39,625 bases of DNA from NCBI GenBank assembly GCA_046482725.1, contig JAWOEN010000166.1:1-39625 (forward strand). The letters run 5' to 3'. This DNA is from Candidatus Cloacimonadales bacterium. Lineage in GTDB: Bacteria; Cloacimonadota; Cloacimonadia; Cloacimonadales; TCS61. The translations under genes were made by a program, and so were the position numbers. The notes under the pieces were generated by a model. It did no database searches and was not told where the DNA came from. It worked only from the letters and a program-made list of their open reading frames with translations. Below, one piece after another: positions 27,282-35,459 of this stretch (its first letter is position 1; each line of letters opens with the position of its first letter).

Positions 27282-27542
27282 TTATGCTTTATCGTAAACT
27301 GTGATCTCCTCACCATCTACATAAAGATATTTAGGATCTTTAGGAGCACCTTTTTTCTTGATCTTATCACTGTCGCCTTCTTCTACCAAGCGCCAGATTT
27401 CCCAAGCTTCTCCTTCTCCATCGATACAAAATGTTACTTTCTTCTGCTTGAAATCTTCGATAATAAAATCGATTGATGCCAAAGGCTCTGCCTTGGTTAC
27501 CGGTACACAAAATTTCTCGTTGTCATAGACATAATTTGCCAT
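27282..27542 (-). CDS. Hypothetical protein (86 aa), last gene of the mre operon
   Basis: Start moved to ATG 27542 (GGAGGA RBS); soluble and charged; no family recognised. Confidence 0.75.
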   Translation of the reverse strand: MANYVYDNEKFCVPVTKAEPLASIDFIIEDFKQKKVTFCIDGEGEAWEIWRLVEEGDSDKIKKKGAPKDPKYLYVDGEEITVYDKA

Positions 27543-27568
27543 AATTTCCTCCACAAATTTTATTTTTT

Positions 27569-28168
27569 TTATTTTATCTCATATACTTTATAGCAGCCGG
27601 CATTATCCAACCAAATGGAATCTCCTGCTCTGCTATCTACACTAATAATTATTCTACCATACACAGCTCCCGACTTGAAAAATCCAGTGGTAATATTCAC
27701 TGGAATCCATTCGTTTGAAACCATGATTGTTTTAGAGAATTTATCCAATTGCTTTCCATTTCGATCAAAAGTGATAAATTTGATTCTGACATTCTGTGCC
27801 AATTTATGCTGAGATTTGGCATAAATCCGAGCATAATAAACTCCGATGGGATCTAAACTGAACGCTTCTGAGACTAGATTTATCTTCCTCTCAGCCTCGA
27901 TGCGAAGAGATTTCTCTCCCTGCTGGGCCACTGCATTATCCCAGACAATATCACCTGGCTGGGAATCGAGTGATACCCAATGCTGAGGAAAACCTGCTGC
28001 CTCATATTCTCCCAACTCAAAATCGGGATTGTACATCAGATTTGGTTTCCCGGCAATATCAGATTCAGAAAAATCCGTGATCGAGCCCAGATAGCAGCCT
28101 CCGATCAAGAGGGCTGAAAAGAGCAGCAGCAAACTGCACAAATTAGAAAACTTCATCAACTTTCTCAT
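27569..28168 (-). CDS. Lipoprotein with a carbohydrate-binding (CBM4/9-like, galactose-binding fold) domain
   Basis: GAGGA RBS overlapping the rodA stop; lipobox IGG|C; NLMYNPDFE..W..GEKSLRI..NEW..IWLDN pattern. Confidence 0.7.
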   Translation of the reverse strand: MRKLMKFSNLCSLLLLFSALLIGGCYLGSITDFSESDIAGKPNLMYNPDFELGEYEAAGFPQHWVSLDSQPGDIVWDNAVAQQGEKSLRIEAERKINLVSEAFSLDPIGVYYARIYAKSQHKLAQNVRIKFITFDRNGKQLDKFSKTIMVSNEWIPVNITTGFFKSGAVYGRIIISVDSRAGDSIWLDNAGCYKVYEIK

Positions 28169-28175
28169 ACATTCC

Positions 28176-29393
28176 TCACTCAAATACGCTGCGTTCGTTT
28201 AGGTACTTCAAGATTATCGCTATCGACGCTACATTGATCAGCAAACTCGAGCCACCATAACTAATGAGTGGCAGGGGAATTCCAGTAGCTGGGACAATCC
28301 CAAGATTCATTCCGATATTCACAAAAAGCTGAAACGTGATATAAGCCAAAAAACCTACAACAGCATAACGATTTTCCGGCCGATTTAGAACTCTCAAGCT
28401 CTTGGCTATTTGAATTAAAAACAAAAAATATATAGCAAGAAGAATTGTGCAACCTAAAAATCCAAATTCTTCGCCAATCACCGAGAAAATAAAATCAGTA
28501 TGATGTTCTGGTAAAAAATCTAGATTTTTTTGAGTACCCAGCAGCCATCCTTTGCCACTGATTCCGCCGGAGCCAACCGCAATTTTGGATTGGATAATAT
28601 GATATCCTGCACCCAGTGGATCGCGGGTAGGATCGAGGAAGGAAAGTATGCGATTTTGCTGATATACTTTCAGGCTATTCCAAATAAAAGGTGTGAGCAA
28701 GGCAAAGAAAGTATTGATCACAACCACAAAACCAATAACAATATTTGCCAGCTTACTTTTGTACAAGACAAAAGAGAGAAGCAAGATATTTAGCAGAAAT
28801 AGTGGGATAGAGAATGAAGTAAGAATGCTGAGCACGGGTGAGATCAGCAAAATAATATAAAAGTTTGGTAGCTCAGAGACAGATAAGATGGCAATCATAA
28901 TAAAGAGAAAGACAATCGAAGTTCCAAGATCCGGTTCCAGCAAAATAAATATCACCGGCAAAAGAGTAATGCCAAAGGCGATCAATAATATCTTACCTTC
29001 CGAAAGATGACTTTTGCCCAAATATTTGGCCAACATCAAAATTGTGGTAATTTTTGCCAATTCTGAAGGTTGAAAATTGAATAAGCCCAAGGAGATCCAG
29101 CGATGTGAACCTTTTACTTCAGGCAAAAACAAAACTACAATCAATAAAATAATCGAGATGATATAGCCGGGAACAATTATCAGATCCAAGACTGTTTTGG
29201 GTATCAACTGCACCAAGATAAGAACAGCCAAAGCCAGCATAATCCAAATAATCTGACGAATATAATAATCCGCAGTAATAAACCCAGCTTCAGTTTTAGC
29301 TGTAGATGCGGAATAAATCGCGACTACGCCCAGCAATAAGATTACCAGAAGCAGCACAAAAATCTGCCAATTAAATTGTTTCAGATCTTTCAT
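28176..29393 (-). CDS. rodA: Rod shape-determining SEDS glycosyltransferase RodA
   Basis: Start moved to ATG 29393 (ATGA overlap with mrdA). RWI..FQPSELAK, EPDLGT, LPEHHTDFIF, GEEFGF and SYGGSS motifs. Confidence 0.96.
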   Translation of the reverse strand: MKDLKQFNWQIFVLLLVILLLGVVAIYSASTAKTEAGFITADYYIRQIIWIMLALAVLILVQLIPKTVLDLIIVPGYIISIILLIVVLFLPEVKGSHRWISLGLFNFQPSELAKITTILMLAKYLGKSHLSEGKILLIAFGITLLPVIFILLEPDLGTSIVFLFIMIAILSVSELPNFYIILLISPVLSILTSFSIPLFLLNILLLSFVLYKSKLANIVIGFVVVINTFFALLTPFIWNSLKVYQQNRILSFLDPTRDPLGAGYHIIQSKIAVGSGGISGKGWLLGTQKNLDFLPEHHTDFIFSVIGEEFGFLGCTILLAIYFLFLIQIAKSLRVLNRPENRYAVVGFLAYITFQLFVNIGMNLGIVPATGIPLPLISYGGSSLLINVASIAIILKYLNERSVFE

Positions 29394-31150
29394 AAAGCAG
29401 CTTCTCGTTGTTGTTGATAAAACTCTATGATTTCCCGCGCGATCGGCGCTGCCACACTGCCACCACCACCAGCATTTTCCAGAAATACTGTAAAAACTAT
29501 TTCCGGCTCTTCCCAAGCTGCATAGCCGGCAAACCAAGCATGCGTAGTCTCGCCCATGTGATTTTCGGCTGAGCCTGTCTTACCATACACTTTCACATCT
29601 GCTACTCGGGCAGCGCTGCCTGTTCCATATCTGCCATTTACCGTTTCATACAAGGCTTCTTGGATTATCTTCAGGTGTTCTGCCGCAGAGGGCAAACGCA
29701 GCTCTTTATAGTACTTCAGCTCTTCCTGCTCATCCTTGATAAATTTTTTCATCAAATGCGGTTGGCGCCAAATTCCATTGGAAGCTATCGTAGCATAATG
29801 CGCACACACCTGCAAAGGCGTAACCAAAATCTCGCCTTGTCCAATCGATAAATTTACCTTTTGCCCCAAAATGTTTACATGTTTGCCATAATTATCGGCA
29901 TACCACTGCACTGTGGGAAAAAAACCTCTGCGCTCTCCCGGCAGATCGACGCCGGTACGTTTCGTCAAAAAATTTTGTTTGGTAAATTCTTCCATCTCGG
30001 CCAAATCGAATTGCATCGAAAGATCATAAAAGAAAACGTCACAAGAAAACTTGATAGCATCAACCACATTAAGCCGGCCGTGTCCACTATGCAGCCAACA
30101 ATTAAAATAGCGATTTCCTACCTGCATACCACCGTCACATTCAGCCAATTTGGTTTCTCTATCGATGATATTTTTTTCCAAACCCAGCAGAGCCGGAATA
30201 GTTTTGAAGACTGAAGCCGGTGGATATGAACCGTGAATAACCCGATCTAACATAGGCTTCTGCGGATTATTCAGCATCTGAATCCAATCTGCGCTAGAGA
30301 TGGAGCCGATAAAAATATTTTGATCAAAGCTGGGTTTACTGACATAAGCCAAAACTCCACCTGTTTTGGCGTTTAAAACTACCGCCGAACCGGGAAAATC
30401 TTCGGGCATAATAGATTCGATATATTCTTGCAAACGGTTGTCGATAGTCAAAATCATATCAGCGCCATCTACCGGTTCTTGATGTAAATTGTGGTTGAAA
30501 AATTCCAAACTCTTACCGCTGGCATCAACCTGCAAAATATCATAGCCGCTTGTCCCGCGCAATTTCTCTTCATAGTAGCGCTCTAAACCATTTTTACCAA
30601 TATTGGAATTTATCGTATAGCCCTGCTCTTCTCTAGCCGCCAATTCCTCTTCCGATATTTTACTGACATAGCCGGTGAAATGATTGTTATAAGCGTATTC
30701 ACGCTTGTTTTCAGTTTTGAAAAAGAGAGACGGATAGCGGTCAAACTTTTCTGAAATTTTTACCATTTGATCATACTGCACATCTTGGATCAAGAGTATT
30801 TCGGAATAGAGCCGATAGCGGTTTTTTCTGATTATAGCTTGGATTTTATCTAATTCTATGGGAAAATTTGAGCTAACAAATTTGGACACAGCATCTTTGC
30901 TGATAATCTCTCCCGGCTTGATATAAAGATTTATACTGCTTTTATTTACTGCAATCGGCAGATAATTTCTATCGTAAATCTCACCCCGAATCGGTGGCAA
31001 CTTCTTTATTCGCACGAAATTTCTTTCAGCAATCAAGGAATATTTATCGCCCTGAATGATTTGCAGATTTACCAAGGCTAAAAGCAAAACGAGTAAGACC
31101 AGCAATAATGAGCTGATTATCAGCCTAGAATCAGCTTGAGCTTTAGTCAT
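29390..31150 (-). CDS. mrdA: Penicillin-binding protein 2
   Basis: RGEIYDRN, GKNGLE, SxxK (SVFK), SCD and KTGS motifs; lies between mreD and rodA. Confidence 0.96.
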   Translation of the reverse strand: MTKAQADSRLIISSLLLVLLVLLLALVNLQIIQGDKYSLIAERNFVRIKKLPPIRGEIYDRNYLPIAVNKSSINLYIKPGEIISKDAVSKFVSSNFPIELDKIQAIIRKNRYRLYSEILLIQDVQYDQMVKISEKFDRYPSLFFKTENKREYAYNNHFTGYVSKISEEELAAREEQGYTINSNIGKNGLERYYEEKLRGTSGYDILQVDASGKSLEFFNHNLHQEPVDGADMILTIDNRLQEYIESIMPEDFPGSAVVLNAKTGGVLAYVSKPSFDQNIFIGSISSADWIQMLNNPQKPMLDRVIHGSYPPASVFKTIPALLGLEKNIIDRETKLAECDGGMQVGNRYFNCWLHSGHGRLNVVDAIKFSCDVFFYDLSMQFDLAEMEEFTKQNFLTKRTGVDLPGERRGFFPTVQWYADNYGKHVNILGQKVNLSIGQGEILVTPLQVCAHYATIASNGIWRQPHLMKKFIKDEQEELKYYKELRLPSAAEHLKIIQEALYETVNGRYGTGSAARVADVKVYGKTGSAENHMGETTHAWFAGYAAWEEPEIVFTVFLENAGGGGSVAAPIAREIIEFYQQQREAAL

Positions 31151-31628
31151 CTATCGAGACCTGCAATTTATCAAAAAAGACCAAAAGATAGATCATCACA
31201 AAGGAGAAGATCCAATTATACAAACCGGAAAAGAGAGTATTGAGTAGCAAAGCCCAGCTAAAATCCACACTTACTGCATAGCCCATAAAGATCAGCGAAG
31301 AGTAGATAAAATTGACAAATAAGATACTGAGCGCGATTAGACCGAGCTGCTTTTTATTCACATTTTGGTGCAATTTGCTAACGATGAAAGCAATGATAAG
31401 AAAGCTGAAAGAGTAGAGTCCAAAAACTTCCGGTTGCAAAATATCCAAACCCAAACCGCCAAAAAAGGCGATCAATAAACTGGGAACAGGATTTAGCGTG
31501 ATACTGCAAAAGATAATAAAGGGAATCATTAAGCTGGGCTCAATCCCGGCAATTGATAATCTGGGGATAAACAAAACTTGCAAATAAAGTGCGATTATTC
31601 CCCATAAAATCAATTTCACCAATTTCAT
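31143..31628 (-). CDS. mreD: Rod shape-determining protein MreD
   Basis: Start moved to ATG 31628 (TGATG overlap with the upstream gene). Hydrophobic; AFFGGLGLDIL..FG motif; directly upstream of mrdA. Confidence 0.85.
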   Translation of the reverse strand: MKLVKLILWGIIALYLQVLFIPRLSIAGIEPSLMIPFIIFCSITLNPVPSLLIAFFGGLGLDILQPEVFGLYSFSFLIIAFIVSKLHQNVNKKQLGLIALSILFVNFIYSSLIFMGYAVSVDFSWALLLNTLFSGLYNWIFSFVMIYLLVFFDKLQVSIDD

Positions 31629-32308
31629 CAGGAGATTTTCCGCACAATGCAAAAGGGGGTGAGCTCGGCGCCCTGCCCCTGAGGATTATCTTTCATCACT
31701 TGCTCCAACAGCTGCTTATCTGCTTGCTTGGAGCCGCCCACCATCCAACACCCACCAATATCATTGATATCCATGATCGCTACTTCTACGCGAAAAGCAT
31801 CGGAAATTCGCTGAGCTACCCGCGCCGGATTTTTGGGACCTTTGATTACACATTTTTCATAGGGCGGAACCGGAGAGGTGGTTGCTGCATCGATCAGGGC
31901 CGCTTGTTTACCGGCAATCCTATAAAAATCTCCTTTGCCTCGACGCCCTACCAATCTGCCCAAACCGCCGATCAGAGCTGCCAAAAGTATCCTGAGTCTA
32001 CCACATTCGTCAATTGCACATTGCATGCTTTCCGGAGCTCGCAAGCCGATGCCATACTCTACCTTGGAGACAAACCGCCACAAAAGGCGCGCTAAAATTC
32101 CCAGCTTGATCTGCTCGACCGGCACAGCTCTACCTTGAGTAATGGCAAGCGGACTTTCGCTGATCACCAAAGTATCTCCGGGCTCAAGATGCTCTGCAGC
32201 ATAATCTCTGACCACGTCCACAATATCGTCTGTAGCATTCAATATTTCTGTTTTGATCGGTTGTCTTAGAAATTTCTGATTATCAATCTCTATATATTTC
32301 TCTTTCAT
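31628..32308 (-). CDS. Coenzyme F420-0:L-glutamate ligase (CofE)-like amide ligase
   Basis: LVISESPLAITQGR, IDA, GPKNPARVAQRI, VAIMDIND and C-terminal DNPQGQGAELTPFCIVR follow the CofE-family motif order. AAGGA RBS lies inside mreC. Confidence 0.78.
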   Translation of the reverse strand: MKEKYIEIDNQKFLRQPIKTEILNATDDIVDVVRDYAAEHLEPGDTLVISESPLAITQGRAVPVEQIKLGILARLLWRFVSKVEYGIGLRAPESMQCAIDECGRLRILLAALIGGLGRLVGRRGKGDFYRIAGKQAALIDAATTSPVPPYEKCVIKGPKNPARVAQRISDAFRVEVAIMDINDIGGCWMVGGSKQADKQLLEQVMKDNPQGQGAELTPFCIVRKIS

Positions 32309-33068
32309 AATTATTTTCCTTTATATGCTTTATTACCACTACTTGATCCAGCTGATTTATCTTTTCAAAAGGCTCGATTTGCGCCAGCATATTTACACCA
32401 GTATTGGCTCTTTGCAGGCTGGTAACCACACCCACGGGAAATCCCTTGGGAAAAATATCGGATAAATCCGAGCTAATGAGAGTATCTCCCACGTTGATAT
32501 CTGCGCCCTGATGCAACATTGTCATCGCGATATTTCCATATATATCAGCTTTCAGCAGACCTTGCAGGGAGTTTCTTTTTAGCATCACTCCCAACTGAAA
32601 AGCGGAATGATCGATCGGTAAAACTATCGAATAGTTATCTGTGGCGAGAGTAATTTTCCCCACAACTCCATAAGAGGAGATGACGGGATAATCTTTCCTA
32701 ATGCCATCATTAGTACCTTTATTGATGATCAGATTTTTCTCTTGGAAATTGCCGCGATAGGCAATGATCTTGGCCAAAACAAATTCACTAGACAAAGCGG
32801 CAAATTCTACATCCAATTTTTTTTGTTCATCCAGAGCATTATACAATTTGGCATTTTCCACCTGCTTCAAAGCCAGGCGTTCTGCCAAATGAGCAGCTTG
32901 TTCTTTGAGCTCAAAGAGCTCGTAGATAGAATTTAGAGATTGGATAAACGGATAGTAGACAAAATTACTGACAAAATTTGCTTTGCGCAATCTACTCTCA
33001 TCGTTTCCAGCTTGAAAAAAGAGAGTAAGAATCAGCAGAAATATGAATAATCCATTTTTTTTCAGCAT
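32283..33068 (-). CDS. mreC: Rod shape-determining protein MreC
   Basis: TGATG overlap with mreB; coiled coil; INKGTNDGI..PVI..GVVGKI and GDTLISS..IFPKGFPVG motifs. Confidence 0.93.
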   Translation of the reverse strand: MLKKNGLFIFLLILTLFFQAGNDESRLRKANFVSNFVYYPFIQSLNSIYELFELKEQAAHLAERLALKQVENAKLYNALDEQKKLDVEFAALSSEFVLAKIIAYRGNFQEKNLIINKGTNDGIRKDYPVISSYGVVGKITLATDNYSIVLPIDHSAFQLGVMLKRNSLQGLLKADIYGNIAMTMLHQGADINVGDTLISSDLSDIFPKGFPVGVVTSLQRANTGVNMLAQIEPFEKINQLDQVVVIKHIKENNYEREIYRD

Positions 33069-34108
33069 CAATCTTCTATCTTACGAATCAGAACTTCCCG
33101 ATAATTTTCCAGATCATCCAAAACCTGTCCACAGCCGTTCAGTACGCAATGTAAAGCGTTGCTATTTACGTGTACCGGCAGATCTACAGCTTCTTGGATA
33201 CGGCGGTCTAAACCTTTGAGGGCAGCACCACCACCGGTGAGAATAATCCCTCTTTCGGCAATATCAGCTGCCAGCTCGGGAGCTGTCTTTTCAAATAATC
33301 TTTTCACAGCATCCACCATCAATGTAATAGTTTCACTCAGTGCTTCCCGGATCTCTTCACTGCCGATCTCTATCGTGATCGGGTAGCCTGTGATAATATC
33401 TCGACCACGCACTTCCATCTTCAGCTCTTCTTCCAATGGATAAGCTGAGCCAATCTGGATCTTTATGCGCTCGGCTGTTTGAATCCCGATGAAGAGATTG
33501 CTGCGTTTGCGCAGATAATTTACGATTGCTATATCCATCTTATCGCCGCCCACTCGAATCGAGGTGTGCACCACAATATGGGAAAGCGAAATAATGGCAA
33601 TTTCTGTAGTACCTCCGCCAATATCCATCACTAGGTTACCCTGAGGTTTGTCGATCGGCAGCTCGGCTCCGATAGCGGCAGCTACTGGCTCTGAGATAAG
33701 ATGTACCTCGCGGGCGCCGGCATGGATGGCGCTATCACGCACAGCTCTTTTTTCCACTTCGGTGATACCGGAAGGAACACAAACCAATACACGTGGTTTG
33801 ATCAGAAAGCGTTTTTTTTGAGCTCGCAAGATCAGGTTTCTCAGCATCAGCTCAGTTACTTGGAAATCTGCGATCACACCATCTTTTAGTGGTTTGATCA
33901 CAGTAACTTCTTCGGGATTTTTTCCCAACATATCTTTGGCTTCCGAGCCGATCGCAATTATTTTTTTCTTGCCCAGCGTGGCCAAAGCCACGACAGAAGG
34001 CTCATCGATTACGATGCCAAAGCCTTTACGGTATACCAAGGTATTGGCAGTACCCAAATCTATTGCTATCTCGTTTGCAAATAAACTACTTATAAAATCT
34101 CTAAACAT
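33068..34108 (-). CDS. mreB: Cell shape-determining actin MreB
   Basis: IDLGTANT, PLKDGVIADF, VPSGITEVEKRAV, DIGGGTTE and LTGGGA motifs. Confidence 0.98.
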   Translation of the reverse strand: MFRDFISSLFANEIAIDLGTANTLVYRKGFGIVIDEPSVVALATLGKKKIIAIGSEAKDMLGKNPEEVTVIKPLKDGVIADFQVTELMLRNLILRAQKKRFLIKPRVLVCVPSGITEVEKRAVRDSAIHAGAREVHLISEPVAAAIGAELPIDKPQGNLVMDIGGGTTEIAIISLSHIVVHTSIRVGGDKMDIAIVNYLRKRSNLFIGIQTAERIKIQIGSAYPLEEELKMEVRGRDIITGYPITIEIGSEEIREALSETITLMVDAVKRLFEKTAPELAADIAERGIILTGGGAALKGLDRRIQEAVDLPVHVNSNALHCVLNGCGQVLDDLENYREVLIRKIED

Positions 34109-34188
34109 TTTTCCTCCAAGGTTATCATCGAGCGTAAAACTTATTCAAAGATTACTATAAACTGTCAAGCAGAGAATTGCAAAATTTC

Positions 34189-34219
34189 AGGCAGACAATC
34201 CTGAGCGAATCGCCTGCCT
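34189..34219 (-). terminator. Hairpin downstream of the Ldh_2 gene (probable terminator)
   Basis: Pairs fully only as minus-strand RNA with G:U pairs (AGGCAGGCGAUUC-GCUCA-GGAUUGUCUGCCU); weak U-tract. Confidence 0.5.
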
Positions 34220-34243
34220 TATAACTATTTATCTACAGATAGG

Positions 34244-35341
34244 TTATATCTTCAGCTCTTTGATATTTAGCTCTTGCAACATGATATCGATATTTTTCTG
34301 AAGATTCTCATTGATGCTAATACCGTGCTGGCGAATCTGCTGTTCCTTATAATACTCTTTTTCTCCTGCTACCCAAATCCGCTCTTTATCAGGTCGCTTG
34401 GGAGATTTTTGCAAGCGGGTAAGAATGTCTCCACAGATTCTTTTGAAATCTTCCACTTCGGTAAACTTGCTAATATCCATGGCAACAAAGAGATGACCCA
34501 ATTTATAGGGAACCCGGTTGCCCTGAGAATCCCAGCCATGCAGCTGTTCCATAAAGCTTCCGGCTTGCAAAGCTGCCGATAATATTTCTACCATCACAGC
34601 CAAACCATAACCTTTGTGTCCGCCACTGAGCTCTTCCATTCCTCCCAAGCCCAGCATGGATGCATCGCCGGAGATCAGATCTTTCAGCAATTGTTGAGTT
34701 TCAGTATAGGGTTTGCCTTGGCGGTCGATAGCCCAACCCTCGGGAGTGGGCTGGTTGGCTCGGGCATAAACCTCCACCTTTCCGCGCTGCGAGATGGAAG
34801 TAGCAGCATCATAGATGAAGGGATAAGCTTTGTTGGTGGGTGCGCCAAAGCAGATAGGATTGGTACCCAGCATGGGTGCTACGCCAAAAAGCGGGGCGAT
34901 GCTGGGGCGAGCATTGGTAAAATTTATTCCGATCATATCCTGCTCGGCAGCCATTTTGGCATAATAACCACAAATACCGAAATGGGTAGAATTGCGCACG
35001 GCCACACAACCGATACCAAATTCTCTCGCTCGCTCAATCGCACTTTGCATAGCTTTGTGAGCTATTACATGACCCATCCCGTGATTGCCGTCCCAAACCG
35101 AAATCGCTTTGAAATCTTGCACAATATCGATCTTGGTCTCGACAAATTGCACTCCTGCCTTGATGCGATCATAATACATTTTCAGACGACCGACTCCGTG
35201 AGATTCGATTCCTCGCAAATCAGATTCTATTAGCACATCTGCACAGATTTTGGCTTCCGATTCGGGAACTCCCAACCGGGTGAAAACCTTTAACATTAAC
35301 TCATAAATCTTGGCAACCGCAACTCGTTTTTCTTCTGCCAT
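34244..35341 (-). CDS. Ldh_2 family (type 2 malate/L-lactate) dehydrogenase
   Basis: DLRGIESHGV, RNSTHFG, GTNPI, DAATS and GGHKGYGL motifs. ATG 35341 with GGAG RBS. Confidence 0.92.
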   Translation of the reverse strand: MAEEKRVAVAKIYELMLKVFTRLGVPESEAKICADVLIESDLRGIESHGVGRLKMYYDRIKAGVQFVETKIDIVQDFKAISVWDGNHGMGHVIAHKAMQSAIERAREFGIGCVAVRNSTHFGICGYYAKMAAEQDMIGINFTNARPSIAPLFGVAPMLGTNPICFGAPTNKAYPFIYDAATSISQRGKVEVYARANQPTPEGWAIDRQGKPYTETQQLLKDLISGDASMLGLGGMEELSGGHKGYGLAVMVEILSAALQAGSFMEQLHGWDSQGNRVPYKLGHLFVAMDISKFTEVEDFKRICGDILTRLQKSPKRPDKERIWVAGEKEYYKEQQIRQHGISINENLQKNIDIMLQELNIKELKI

Positions 35342-35417
35342 CAAAATCTCCTTTCCTCTTTTGGTTTACACTTCGATAATTTATCAATTTCTCTTGCGAC
35401 TGATTTCAGCTTTGCGA

Positions 35418-35445
35418 AGATTAAAAAAAATGTTTTGTAAGTCAA
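35418..35445 (-). promoter_or_regulatory. Putative sigma70 promoter of the Ldh_2 gene
   Basis: Minus-strand TTGACT-N16-TAATCT. Confidence 0.45.
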
Positions 35446-35459
35446 CAATTTGTTATCTT

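Noticed and set aside
29394-29537. N-terminal extension of RodA in the ORF track (similar extensions for the PSD-like, AEC, 5S, FtsX-like, dut and mreD genes)
   Set aside because: Downstream ATGs have clear RBSs or stop/start overlaps, and the extensions overlap neighbouring genes or regulatory sequence.
34616-35233. 205-aa + strand ORF, and the other short antisense or alternate-frame ORFs in the track
   Set aside because: They overlap well-supported genes, lack family motifs, and are explained by codon bias of the real gene.
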